Shown here: piece after piece, positions 12,616 through 23,676 of the stretch
How positions within the stretch are numbered: position 1 is the first letter of the stretch
How the letters are laid out: each line of letters starts with the position of its first letter
Position numbers and translations under genes: made by a program
Assembly (NCBI RefSeq): GCF_028641065.1
Contig: NC_073382.1
Span: 63,736,001 to 63,800,000 of the forward strand
From: Leucoraja erinacea
Lineage: Eukaryota
Length of the DNA stretch: 64,000 nt
Direction of reading: 5' to 3'
The notes under the pieces: generated by a model
Told to the model about the DNA's origin: nothing
Seen by the model: only the letters and a program-made list of their open reading frames with translations
The model's database searches: none

Positions 12616-13043
12616 AAACTTGGTTTATACTCTCTAGAATTTAGGAGATTGAGAGGGGATCTTATAGAAACTTACAAAATTCTTAAGGGGTTGGACAGGC
12701 TAGATGCAGGAAGATTGTTCCCGATGTTAAGGAAGTCCAGGACAAGGGGTCACAGCTTAAGGATAAGGGGGAAATCCTTTAAAACCGAGATGAGAAGAAC
12801 TTTTTTCACACGGAGAGTGGTGAATCTCTGGAACTCTCTGCCACAGAGGGTAGTTGAGGCCAGTTCATTGGCTATATATAAGAGAGAGTTAGATGTGGCC
12901 CTTGAGGCTAAGGGGATCAGGGGGTATGGAGAGAAGGCAGGTACAGGATACTGAGTTGGATGATCAGCCATGATCATATTGAATGGCGGTGCAGGCTCGA
13001 AGGGCCGAAAGGCCTGCTCCTGCACCTAATTTCTATGTTTCTA
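12616..13043 (+). mobile_element. 5'-truncated young CR1 LINE
   Basis: LGLYSLEFRRLRGDLIETYKILKG...GYGEKAGTGY*, 3' UTR and TTTCTATGTTTCTA tail. Nearly identical to 56790-57225 on the minus strand. Confidence 0.95.
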
Positions 13044-13326
13044 AACATATTTCAGGTGGAAGAGCCTTTAACAGAGGGGACAAATAGTTAGCTCGTAGAA
13101 TGAGTGATGAGATGAATTGAGCTTTTCTGATAGGTGAAGCCAGGACTGCCTTGGGGATGGGTTATGGATAACGCTATTTAATTATAGTTTGGAGGAAACC
13201 AAGAACAAAAGTATATCAAAAATGGAAAATCGTCAGTTTCCATCGTTTTTATGCGTTTGTTTAGATTTCCAGCAGTTTTCTTTGAAATGATCATTTCGGA
13301 TTGACAACTCTTTTGCCAAAAGTGAG

Positions 13327-13390
13327 AATACAATACAATACGGTTTTATTCGTCACATTGCACATAAAGTGCAAGTGAAATGAATTTACC
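13327..13390 (-). mobile_element. Short 3' tail of an L2/Rex-type LINE
   Basis: Minus strand TTTCACTTGCACTTTATGTGCAATGTGACGAATAAA plus a (TATTG)n tail, i.e. a stem-loop before AATAAA. Confidence 0.6.
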
Positions 13391-13411
13391 GATCAGGTTT
13401 GTAGTTACGGA

Positions 13412-13602
13412 CTGCAGATGCAGTTAATACACAAAAGGGCACAAAGTGAGCAATTCAACAGGTCAAGCGGCGTATCTGGAGGACATGCATAGGTGAAGTT
13501 TCGGGTCAAGTCTGAAGAAGGGTCTCCACCCGAAACGTCACCTCCCCATGTTCTCCAGAAATGCCGCCTGACCTGTTGAGTTTCTCCAGCTCTTCGTGTC
13601 TT
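13412..13602. mobile_element. Fold-back PLE terminal repeats with a hammerhead-like core at 13512-13539
   Basis: An inverted copy (13412-13508) is followed by CTGAAGA AGGGTCTCCACCC GAAAC GTC and the pLTR body. Confidence 0.8.
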
Positions 13603-13899
13603 TTTTTAAGATGAGAAAAGAGTGGGAAATCTTGAGAGGGAATGCCTGCCAATATACAACCCAGAAGACAGATGGCGTTGATGTAATTGGAGAGAGGATG
13701 CTGAAAGCTTGATTATCACTGTTAACTAGGTTCGAGGAGTTGTGGGGAAAAGGGAAATGAATGGGGCAGGAGATGGATAAAACTGCTGGACCTTTAACAA
13801 TGCAGTGTACCACATTTACTGGCGAAAACAAACGACTTTTTATGATGCAAATACCAATTACCAATTGCGTTTTTAAGTGACGATCCTTCATTTCCTGGC

Positions 13900-14184
13900 A
13901 GGGAGCTCTAACGCATAGACGCATGCAGCCACACCGGGCCAGCAATCTTTGCCAGCAACTTCACAGGCAAGTCTGGGAAAAGGTTGCGGGTCCACTTCGA
14001 TGGTGCCGCCCTCGCCGCCACCCTGAAGAACACATGTCGTCAGCGACGTCACACTAGGTAACCGAGTTGGGGTGATAGGTTGCCTGTCGCGTCCTAGCAA
14101 CGGCGCCGCGGGCGGGTTGATGACAAAGGGTCGCCGAGCCAGCGGCTCCGCGGCAGCGGGCAACACTGCACAAATAAAGCAGCA
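13900..14184 (+). promoter_or_regulatory. CpG-rich CCDC81 promoter / 5' UTR with RFX X-box-like sites
   Basis: Local CpG enrichment outside any recognisable repeat. GTCACACTAGGTAAC (14048-14062) fits GTNRCC-N0-3-RGYAAC with one mismatch. Half-sites GTTGCC (14079) and CCTAGCAAC (14093-14101). Confidence 0.65.
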
Positions 14185-14263
14185 ATGCTGGACACCATGC
14201 AGTGCGCGATCTTGGAAATTGGCAGAAGCTTTTTCCTAACTCTCTCCAACCTTTCGGCTGATG
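14185..14263 (+). CDS. CCDC81: CCDC81 exon 1 (coding part)
   Basis: MLDTMQCAILEIGRSFFLTLSNLSAD, similar to human MLDTIARALQDLGRQVLPTLPSLSQE as recalled. Donor G|GTAAAG, phase 1. Confidence 0.9.
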
Positions 14264-14353
14264 GTAAAGATTTGCTCAATGATATTTAATTGAACAATTA
14301 ACTAATCTCATCCTCGTAGGTTAAGTTTGAAATAAACTATTTTTCATTATTGG

Positions 14354-14450
14354 ACACAAAGTGCTGGAGTAACTGGGTTACTCAATAACTCAGTTACTCC
14401 AGCACTTTGTGTTCTTTTGCGTACGAACCAATATTTGCAGTTCTTTATTT
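14354..14450. repeat. PLE-derived hairpin in CCDC81 intron 1
   Basis: ACACAAAGTGCTGGAGTAACTG ... CAGTTACTCCAGCACTTTGTGT, a perfect inverted repeat. Confidence 0.8.
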
Positions 14451-14584
14451 CTAATCTTTTTCATTATTGACGTGAGACGCACCATGAATCGCAGCGGGTG
14501 ATATATATTTAGTTTTTTTTTACGAGCTAGAGCTGCATTTACTTGTTTTGCTGATTCCTTCATCTCGACTTTTTTCCTCGTCAG

Positions 14585-14646
14585 ATATTGTGAACATATG
14601 GGCAAATGTTTCTGCTTTCGTGGATCGCCACATGTCCCTCCAGAAG
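14585..14646 (+). CDS. CCDC81: CCDC81 exon 2
   Basis: (D)IVNIWANVSAFVDRHMSLQK. CAG acceptor, AAG|GTAAGA donor. Confidence 0.92.
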
Positions 14647-15050
14647 GTAAGATTTATCTGTGCCTTGGAATTTGCTCACTGTGCTGTGGGTAAGTAAACA
14701 CATGAAATAAATGGGAAATAAACACGGCTACACAATTGCAAGCCTGAACTCGGAAGTCGCTCTTCTTTTTGTTAGAACCTGAATGAATATGGGAAAGATT
14801 GATATTTAACACCAGCTTATATTTTTCCTTGGATACCAAATGCACATTTATTAGTTAAAGTTTGCGGGTATGAATGTTAACCAAGAATGCTGACATATGA
14901 TAAGCTAAGTTACACTCAGAATTATACAAAAAATATAAGCAAATGACAAATCTTTTCATCTTAGCTTTTCAAAACATTGTGTTAATGATCAATGATAAGG
15001 TTGTTCATAAAATTACATATTTATTTTGCATCGTATACTTTGTATTTCAG

Positions 15051-15204
15051 GGAGTACATATCTCAGGATTGGGGACTTTTACATTCTCACAGCAAAGGTT
15101 GGATATTGGACATCGATTGATTTTATTACAAAGGCCAGTATTTGTGATGTCTGAAAAATTCCTGCAGATCCATGGATTATCGCGCGCAAAACAGCACGTA
15201 TCCG
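15051..15204 (+). CDS. CCDC81: CCDC81 exon 3 (HU-CCDC81 domain)
   Basis: GVHISGLGTFTFSQQRLDIGHRLILLQRPVFVMSEKFLQIHGLSRAKQHVS. TTTCAG acceptor, G|GTAATG donor. Confidence 0.95.
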
Positions 15205-15373
15205 GTAATGTCATCCTAATGCATCAATAATCAAATGTATGTCAAATGTTACGTACTATAGAATTTTAAACGAGCTAGTAGCCAGTAGTATATAATGGAG
15301 AAGATATAAAAAGAGTTATAAGACATTTATCAGTTGAGCCAAAAAATAGTTAAATAATTGTCCTTATAACAAT

Positions 15374-15584
15374 AGGTAGACAAAAATGCTGGAGAAACTC
15401 AGCGGGTGAGGCAGCATCTATGGACTGAAGGAATAGTCGATGTTTCGGTTCGAGTCTGAAGAAGGGTCTCGGCTCGAAACGCCGCCTATTCCTTCTCTCC
15501 ATAGATGCTGCCTCACCCGCTGAGTTTCTCTAGCATTTTTGTCTACCTTCGATTTTTCCAGCATCTGCAGTTCTTTCTTAAACA
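15374..15584. mobile_element. Fold-back PLE terminal repeats
   Basis: AGGTAGACAAAAATGCTGGAGAAACTCAGCGGGTGAGGCAGCATCTATGGA ... TCCATAGATGCTGCCTCACCCGCTGAGTTTCTCTAGCATTTTTGTCTACCT, with CTGAAGA at 15456. Confidence 0.85.
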
Positions 15585-16519
15585 TGGCCTAATAGCAATG
15601 TTCATTTATTATTAAATTTATCTTAATTCAAAAAAAAAGATTAACGTACTTGAATTCACATAGTACACCCAAGTTCACGATGACAGAAAAATTTAAGTTA
15701 CTACGATGAGTAAGATGTAATGATGATTCAAAATGAGATCTTTCAACCAACCACCCTTTGCTTAAGGTTCCTTTATAGGATATACTGAAAGGTTCAAAAT
15801 AACTAATCTGTTAAATTAACTTCACAATTGAAGAAATTAATTTTATTTATTTATCAATTTTGTGCATCCATGACTATATTTTAAAAGTTGAAAGGTGCTT
15901 TATGGTCCAAAATTCTGAGGTGAATAGGGAAAAGATAACAAAAAAACACATTAGGCTCAGATTAGGAGTCGTACGGCTGAAATCTATAAAACCTAGAAAA
16001 CAATTCAGGAGAATCTTCTATACAGAGAATCTGGAACTCCCAACGATCAATAGCAATGGAGGCAATGTCCCATAGGAAGTGAAAGGATATGGAATAGAGG
16101 ATCACAGATGGTGAGCATTTGATGGCTCTGGCCTGTACGTAGTGGAGTGAGAAGAGACTTGTTTCATGCATGAACTTTGGAATATACTAATTACCTCAGT
16201 TTACCTGACTCTGAGCTATGCTTTATTTGGGCTGTGTAAACATTTGCTTTGGTTTTTTTTTTCATTTCAGAATGAAAGAGGAATTTTATTTTGGTAGCAA
16301 TATATATTTAATCAGAATGACAATATAAATTATTTATGAGAATTACGTACAATAAAAGTTTTGTTTCCCGTCACATTTCATGCTGACAGCATCTGCAGAG
16401 CGATTCACTGTTTTTATGCAGTAATGGCCAATGATTAAACTTTTGGTATTCAGAACTTGAAACCAGAAGAATTTCATTTTAAGTGTGGAACAGCATGTAA
16501 TTCCTTTACATTTAGCTCT

Positions 16520-17095
16520 AAGAATGCTGGAGATGATGGGGGTTTTCCCAGAAAGTGACATCACAGGCAAACAGTGCATGAAAAAAGCTTTTAGCATGCT
16601 GGCCTTCATCAATCAGGACATTGAGCTAAGAAGATGGGAAGTTATGTTGTAATTGAACAAGCCATTGGTGAGGTCATATCAGGAGTATTATGTCCAATTT
16701 TATGTTACTCTACTTTGGAAAGATGTCACTAAGCTAGAAAGAGTGCAGAAAAGGTTTACGAGAATATTGCCAGGGCTCAAGGGGCTAAATTATAGGGAGA
16801 GGTTGGGTAGGCTAAGACTTTATTCCTTGGAGTATAGGTGGCTGAGGTGTGATCTTATAATGGTGTATACAATTGTGAGGGGAATAGATAGGATGAACGC
16901 AGTCTTTTTTGCACAGTTGAGAAATCAAGAACATAGTTTCAAAGTGAGAGAGGAAATATTTAATAGGGACATGAGGGGCAACTTTCTAGGTTAGATTTTT
17001 AAGGGTTACTAGATTAGATTAGCATCTTGGTCAACATGAATAAGTTGAGCCAAACGGATTGTTTGCATGCTGCATAACTCTAAGACTATAAGTAT
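16520..17095 (+). mobile_element. Older CR1 LINE 3' fragment
   Basis: ORF 16653-16994 LVRSYQEYYVQF...KDVTKLERVQKRFTRILPGLKGLNYRERL. Confidence 0.85.
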
Positions 17096-17151
17096 AGATT
17101 AGCGAAGTCATTCAGCCTGTACGTAGATGAAAATGTTTAAAAATTTTGCTA

Positions 17152-18078
17152 AATCTTAGATCCTTTATTTGTCATTCAGACCTTTCGGTCTGAACGAAAT
17201 GTCGTTGCCTGCAGCCATACATGCAATAATAAACAACAAAACACACAATAAATACAAATTAACATCCACCACAGTGAGTTCACAGGCACCTCCTCACTGT
17301 GATGGAGGCAAAAATCTTAGGGTTGCTGTCTCTTCCCTCCTCTTCTCCCTCTGCGCTGAGGCGATACCCCACCGGGCGATGGTAATCAGTCCCGCGGCTC
17401 ACCGAGCTCCGCGAACGGTCCGGTTTGCCGTGGCCCGGGGTGGTCGTAGCTGCCGCCCTCCAGTCCAGCGGACGCAGCTGTTGCCGTGGGAGCTCCGGAA
17501 AACAGGCACCAGCCTGTGACCCGCAAGCTTCCGACGATGTCGTCCACTGGCCCGCGGCGAGCCCCGGATTCAGGTCGCCACCGCCAGAACGCCGCCTCAG
17601 CTACCAGAGCACCGTCTCAGCCCTGCGCCGGGCTGCCTCAGCCACTGGAGTACTGTCTCAGCCCCGCGCCGGGCCGCCCTCATGGGAGCGCTGTCCCAGC
17701 CCCGAGTCGTGCCGCTGCCACCGGAGCGTCTCAGCCAGCACCATCTCAGCCCCGCGCCGGGCTGCCCTCACCGGAGCTCCGAGTCGTGCCGCTGCCACTG
17801 GAGCGCCCGAACGCCGCCACAGCTCGAAGACGGCCAGCTTGGTGAGTCCTGGCTGGCTCTACCTCCGGAGCCTCGAGGTCGGTCGCAGGTTGGAGGCCGC
17901 CAGCTCCGCCATTAGGCCTCAGCGCAGACGGAGGCAGAGAAGGGGGATACAACAAGAAAAAGTTGCATTCCCCCGAAGGGAGAGACAGAAAACCCTGTCT
18001 CAGAAAACAACAAAAAAAAAGTAAAAACAGACGGACTGCAGGCGAGCCGCAGCCGTTCAACAGCGCCGCCACTTCCGG
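17152..18078 (-). mobile_element. GC-rich non-autonomous retroelement (copy B) with internal tandem repeats
   Basis: Minus-strand head CCGGAAGTGGCGGCGCTG...CAGTCCGTCTGT. Internal repeats TCTCAGCCCCGCGCCGGGCTGCC and CCGAGTCGTGCCGCTGCCAC. 3' hairpin TTCAGACC-GAAA-GGTCTGAA, then GACAAATAAA. Confidence 0.72.
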
Positions 18079-18289
18079 AGTAAATGGTAGATTACGCAGA
18101 AATCGCAGTAAATGGTAGAAAATCACTCTTATTCAACATGGTGGAAAATGCTATTAACAAATCTTCTCATAACTCTTATGGTACGAGGCTCACCTTTGTT
18201 ATTCATGTTGATCATTTTTGTCCTGGTAAAATTATGAATAGAGGTAATAGGCAGTCAAAAAATATGTTTTATTATTTGTTTTTCTATAG

Positions 18290-18546
18290 GTGACATACCC
18301 ATCGTTAAACTTAATTTTACATTCCTTGCTTTGGAGAGTCCTTATGATCGAGATACAGTTGAAGGATGTGTCAAAGAGACTTTGCAGATCATGAATCGTT
18401 ATATCGCCTGTAACCGTGATGTGAATTTTCCATTCAAAGATATTGGTGTGCTAACGATACGAAATAACAAGGTCAAAATGAAGTTTTATAGAGAATTTCT
18501 TAATGCCATGGATGGTACTGGAAATTTAGTGAAAGCTCTTTCAAAT
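18290..18546 (+). CDS. CCDC81: CCDC81 exon 4 (second HU-CCDC81 domain)
   Basis: (G)DIPIVKLNFTFLALESPYDRDTVEGCVKETLQ...FKDIGVLTIRNNKVKMKFYREFLNAMDGTGNLVKALSN. TAG acceptor, GTAAGT donor. Confidence 0.96.
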
Positions 18547-19099
18547 GTAAGTATAACAAATATTTTGTAAAACAAAACAGAGTAAATAAAAATGAGATGA
18601 GTATTTGTTGCACTATAGTTGCTTGGTAGTAAAGAATGAAAAATAAATTGAATGTGAGGATTTTGTGAGGATTTTCGAGATGTCATGTTGATCAAGTTGA
18701 TATCCATAGCACTGAGGGTCACAGTTCGTCACTTATTGTTTACATTCTATAAAGGCTTTTGTTTATCGTCCTTTCAGGCAGTGCATTGAAGACCCTACCA
18801 ACATCAAGGTGATATTTCAGATGTAAATGCATTGGAAGCAGTTCAGAGAGGTTTATAGGACTAACTAGACTAAGTGGGACCCATTGGGTCCCATGTTCAC
18901 ACGGGAGGGCTGATCCCCCGATGCAATATTCCACCTCTCTACCAATTCCAATATTGGTGGCCAGTGGGGGGGGGGGGGGGGGCTTTCTGGAGCGCTGGTA
19001 TGGGTTCTTGGGGTGGCAGCTCAGTCCCTCAAGCCTGATCTGCTGGCAGCTCACTCACGGCTGGTGGGCTGGCAGTTGACTCATGGCTATTCCTTGAAA

Positions 19100-19432
19100 T
19101 TCCATTTCAAGCAGGGCGCAAGGCCACCAAATTCAAATCCATTTCAAGCAGGGTGCAAGGCCACCGATTCAAGTGCAGTTTCATACCACTTCAAGCTGGA
19201 TCCAAGCCACCAAATTCAAGTGCAGTTTCATACCACTTTCAGCAGGGTGCAAGGCCACCAAATTCAGTGCAGTTTCATACCACTTCAAGCAGGGTGCAAG
19301 GCAGCCAAATTCAAGTGTAGTTTCATTCCAAGCAGGGTGCAAGGCCACCAAATTCAAGTGCAGTTTCATGCCATTTCAAGCAGGGTGCAAGTCCACCAAA
19401 TTCAAATGCAGCTTCACACCATTTCATGCAGG
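19100..19432. repeat. Minisatellite inside the Helitron (about 40-50 bp unit)
   Basis: About 7-8 imperfect copies of TTCAAGCAGGGTGCAAGGCCACCAAATTCAAGTGCAGTTTCATACCAC. Confidence 0.9.
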
Positions 19433-19807
19433 GTGAAACCACCATAAAACCACACAAAACACCAAACTCACAGTTCAGTAGACATTCAGTGTGTTCAGTT
19501 GATTTACAGCTCGGAAAGAGCCATGACCTCTCCCTCCCCATCATGCCAAGACTGAGCCACACCCACACTTCTGGGTTTTATAATCCCTCCCCCTCCCACC
19601 AGAAAAGGTGTGGCCTTCATGGCGTGATTGACAGGAGATACATTCTCACCATTTTTTAAAACACTAATAACACTTTTATTTTTCATTGATGGGAAGAATT
19701 CTCTGCACCTGCTCAGCAGAGGGGGACTGTAAGATAGCCAAAAATCACAGCCGTAAGTGGTAGCGTTTTATCTAAAATCAATATACAGCACAAAAAGGAA
19801 GTAAGTG

Positions 19808-20033
19808 CATTTGCAGTAGTGCCTTTCAACTTCAAGCCAAAGCACCCGCCACCATTTGCAATAAGTAGTGCCTTTCAACTTCAAGCCAAAGCACCCAAGC
19901 CAACATTTGCAGTAAGTAGTGCCTTTCAACTTCAAGCCAAAGCACCCGCCACCATTTGCAGTAAGTAGTGCCTTTTAACTTCAAGCCAAAGCATCCAAAC
20001 AATCATTTGCAGGCAGTGCCTTTTTACTTCAAA
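19808..20033. repeat. Second minisatellite inside the Helitron (about 45-50 bp unit)
   Basis: About 4-5 copies of CATTTGCAGTAAGTAGTGCCTTTCAACTTCAAGCCAAAGCACCC. Confidence 0.9.
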
Positions 20034-20408
20034 CAAACTATATTTTCATTTTCAAACCGCATTAAGGGGACTTACAGTTGAGAAGACATTTGGTCAGCGT
20101 CATTCAGAGCTCAGAGAGACGTGACCCTTTGTCTTCTTCCATCTTGCAGAGACTGAGTGAGGCACCCCACTTCCTGGTTTTATAGTCCCTCCCCCTCCCT
20201 CCAGCAGGGGCAGCAGAGAGAATGGGGAATTTTGTAAAAACATTAATATCTCATTTTTCAACGACGGGAAAAATCCTCTGCACCCGGAAGGCAGAGGGGG
20301 GCTCTGAGCGAGGTGGCCAAAAATGACGACCGTAGGTGGCGGTGTTCTGTCGGAAATCGCAGCACAGTGGGCTAAAAGCGGTCAAGATCAGAGTTTTAGT
20401 AATATAGA

Positions 20409-20930
20409 TTAATGGAATGGCCAGGTTATTGTATGAGGAAAGGTTGGTTTGCCTAAGCATGGGAGTTCAGAAAATGAGAGGGGACTTGATTGAACGTATT
20501 ATTCTGAGGGGTCTGGCAGAGGATGTTTCTTCTTCTTATCGAGTCCATAAGAAAGATTAGAAATTGTTCTGCCAGCTGAACACACTTCTTGGCATCTGCA
20601 TACAATGATGTCTGTCTTGTGCTTCTTGTGCGTGGTGTTGAAAAATTGGTGAAAATAGGGCCACAAAGTGAACGCTCTTTCCTTGACCCCGGCAGAGAAT
20701 GTTTGATCTTGTGGGAGAATCTAGAACAATGGGACCACTGTTTGAAAATAATGAATTGCCCATTTAAGACAGATGAGCTACATTTTTTTCCTCATGTATG
20801 GCGAGTCTTTAGAACTCTCTTCCTCAAAAACTGGTGGAAATAAGGCTTTGAATATTTGTAAGGCAGAGAGATAGGCAAAGGGTGAAATGTTACCAGTGGT
20901 GGGTAGCAATCAAATAAACCATGAATGAAG
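20409..20930 (+). mobile_element. Old CR1 fragment (continuation of about 18820-18864 across the Helitron)
   Basis: GATGTAAATGCATTGGAAGCAGTTCAGAGAGGTTTATAGGACTAA joins TTAATGGAATGGCCAGGTTATTGTATGAGGAAAGGTTGG, the CR1 ALEAVQRRFTRLIPGM-GL-YEERL segment. Confidence 0.7.
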
Positions 20931-21159
20931 CAAACTTAATGGGTGTGTGTCACACTCCTGCTCCTAATTTGTAGATTGAGCTGTTCTTTTTCAGAACCAG
21001 AAGTTGTTGCAAATGAATTTCTTATTTGAGGGAACAGAGCATCGAAAACGATGAGAAAAGAAATTACGACATGACGGAGGATAGGAATGATGCAAGAAGA
21101 AATTTCACGCAGAACTGATCCACAGAACATCTTTAGTAGGTATAAGCCTTCCATAAGTG

Positions 21160-21452
21160 TGGGTGGCACAGTGGTGCAGCCACTGCCTCACAACTGCAGA
21201 GACCTGGGTTCAATCCTGACCCCGGGTGAGGTCTGTGAACAATTTTTATGTTCTCCCTGTGACCACATGGATTTCCTACAGATACTTCGGTTCCTCTCAC
21301 AAGCCAAAGATGTGCGGGTTTGTAGGTTAATAAGCCTCTGTAAATTGCCCTGTGTGCAGGGAGTGGATGAGAAACTGGGATTACAGAGAACTAGTGCGAA
21401 CAGGTTTGGCATGGACTCGGTGGGCCAAAAGGCCTGTTTCCATGTTGTATCT
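21160..21452 (+). mobile_element. HE1-like tRNA-derived V-SINE with CR1-type tail
   Basis: GGCACAGTGGTGCAG A-box-like and GGGTTCAATCC B-box. Central TGTTCTCCCTGTGACC...AAAGATGTGCGGGTTTGTAGGTTAAT. Tail GGGCCAAAAGGCCTGTTTCCATGTTGTA. Confidence 0.85.
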
Positions 21453-22027
21453 CCAATATCAGCTTGAGTTTCTAAAACCACATAAAAGCAATAGTCATTT
21501 GCGTTTTGGATATTACATGCAATCAGATAAAAGTATATATTTTCTTGTGCAGTATTTTATATTTATGCAGCAGTAAGTGTACCTGATAATGGGATATGGC
21601 ACAAGCATTGAAGTTATGTTAATAAAAACCTGTTGATATTATGTGATCCTATATGGATTTTTATCTAGTGCAGAAGAGACAAATGTGAAAGAGGTGCCCA
21701 ACACAAACAGTTTAAGGGGACATTCAGGTATGCACTGAAGCTCGGAATGTATGGCCACTCACCACACAGTCGCCTTTCATCATTTGTTTCCTTCGCCTGA
21801 TAATGAATTGTTTTTTTCCATGTCATTTTTCCTTGCTCCAAAGGATAGATGCATTAAAAGAACCCAAGATTTGTTTTACCAGGAGAAATTAGATCACAGA
21901 GATTCAGTCATGCCAGTTACTGTTTGCTCACATCCAAGCAAGTTTATTACAGTACAATTTAAAGGGCCAATCTCTGAGTAAGTCCAAGCCCTGTGCTAGG
22001 AACTTGAATTGGCGCGGGGGGGGGGGG

Positions 22028-22061
<34 letters not shown>

Positions 22062-22282
22062 GTCCACTTACCCAAGTTGCTTCTCTACTGGTTTTCAGTT
22101 TGGTTTCTCCTTCCTACTCCTACTCCTCAAATGACATGCAACCATTCTATATTGGTGGGTTCTGAGGTTGCAATTGTACCAACCTAGCACTGATCATCAA
22201 ACATGAGACCTTTTTCCCCCAAAAGCCAGCTCAACCAACCACCAATACTACTCTTTTCTGCCCCCTCCAACAAATACTGATG

Positions 22283-22820
22283 ATGTGGCTGACAAGGGAA
22301 GTCAGGGACAGTATAAAAATAAAAGAGAAGAAGTACAACATAGCAAAGATGAGCGGGAAACCAGAGGATTGGATAATGTTTAAAGAGCAACAGAAGATAA
22401 CTAAAAAGGCAATACGGGGAGAAAAGATGAGGTACGAAGGTAAGCTCGGCCAGAATTTAAATGAGGATAGTAAAAGCTTCTGGAGGTATGTGAAGAGGAA
22501 AAAATTAGTTAAGACCAAAGTTGGACCCTTGAGGACTGAAAAAGGTGAATTTATTATGGGGAACAAGGAAATGGCAGATGAGTTGAACAGATACTTTGGA
22601 TCAGTCTTCAATAAGGAGGACACAAATAATCTTTCTGATGTACTAGTGGCCAGAGGATCTGGGGTGACAGAGGAACTGAAGGAAATCTACATTAGGCAAG
22701 AATGGTGTTGGGTAGACTGATAAGACTGAAGGCTGATAATCCCCAGGGCCTGATGGTCTGCATCCCAGGGTACTTAAGGAAGTGGCTCTAGAAATCGTGG
22801 ACAATTTTCCAATGTTCTAT
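22283..22820 (+). mobile_element. Internal CR1 ORF2 fragment (endonuclease-RT linker)
   Basis: WLTREVRDSIKIK...DSKSFWRYVKRKK...EMADELNRYFGSVF, followed by the PGPDGLHPRVLKEVALEIV remnant. Confidence 0.9.
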
Positions 22821-23676
22821 AGCTCCAAATAACAAACTAATCCCATTCATACTAGAATTCACAATATAACATGATTTTTAAATCTCACTGTCATGAATTT
22901 ATATCCCAGATGGAAGGAATGTAATGTTTAATTCCCATAAATTAATCTAGAAACATCCACTCAATATAATTAAAATTATTATTTTTTTGCACAATACATG
23001 GGACTAAAAATTTTATTTAGTCTAAAAATATTGACTAAGGAAATCTGAGCAAATATCACTGACTGATGACAGCAGATCTGGACAATTGTAATATGGACTA
23101 TTCATGCTAAAGTGGGGCAGTTTGCAACCAAGCCTAAAGTCAACCTATCCACCCAGATATTACAATTCTCTGAGATTTCAGCATTTATGTTTGCATTAAC
23201 TAATTGACCCTTATCAGGTTTACATTGCACTGTTTAACCTCCATCAACCAATCATTATCAAATGCGCTCTTTACATGATTTAGTCCTAATTATTTTTCAT
23301 TGTTGACCAGAGAAAGTGAACTACTCAACTGTGGAGTATTAAACTTTTGATGCTGCAATACTTCTTGGAATGGGTAGGAATTGTGTAGGAGATCTGATGC
23401 AAGAACTAATGATGTGCCTGTGGCAAAGATTCGATCTTCATTATTGTCATTCACCTATTGTAGAAACATTATGCTGTGCCAGGATTTTATTTCAATTAGG
23501 TAATTTAGGAACAGTATTGTCTGCAGTATGTTGGAATTTTGCAACCATAGTAAAATATAGCAAGGTGACAGGATATTCGGCCCTACCCGTCTATGATAAC
23601 CGGTGGGTGCACTTCCACATTAACCCCGTTGGCCAGCATTTGGTCTATTGTCCTCTTTGTTTAAGCTAAAATCCAC

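Larger units (their letters stand above)
18865..20408 (-). mobile_element. Non-autonomous Helitron
   Basis: Minus strand A|TCTATATTACTAAAACT ... palindrome TGGGACCCA-A-TGGGTCCCA (18875-18893) ... CTAG|T. Inserted at an AT dinucleotide with no TSD, splitting an old CR1. Confidence 0.85.

Noticed and set aside
17169-18126. Overlapping ORFs of 77-199 aa on both strands, also at 23820-24883 and 36352-36758
   Set aside because: A by-product of high GC and tandem repeats. No recognisable domain and no consistent long frame across copies.
19100-20033. Regular repeats resembling a CRISPR array
   Set aside because: Units are contiguous with no unique spacers, there are no cas genes, and the context is eukaryotic. 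These are Helitron-internal minisatellites.
21160-21225. tRNA gene (also the minus-strand head near 45075-45140)
   Set aside because: The A/B boxes belong to SINE heads that continue into a V-domain and CR1-type tail. No complete cloverleaf.
22016-22060. Long poly-G run (also 3292-3310, 3474-3492, 41801-41823) as functional G-quadruplexes
   Set aside because: Homopolymers, often inside repeats, whose length is unreliable in assemblies. No supporting context.
21991-22192. Possible MITE with C(T/A)GTGCTAGG termini
   Set aside because: Only a 10-bp imperfect match and no target-site duplication.
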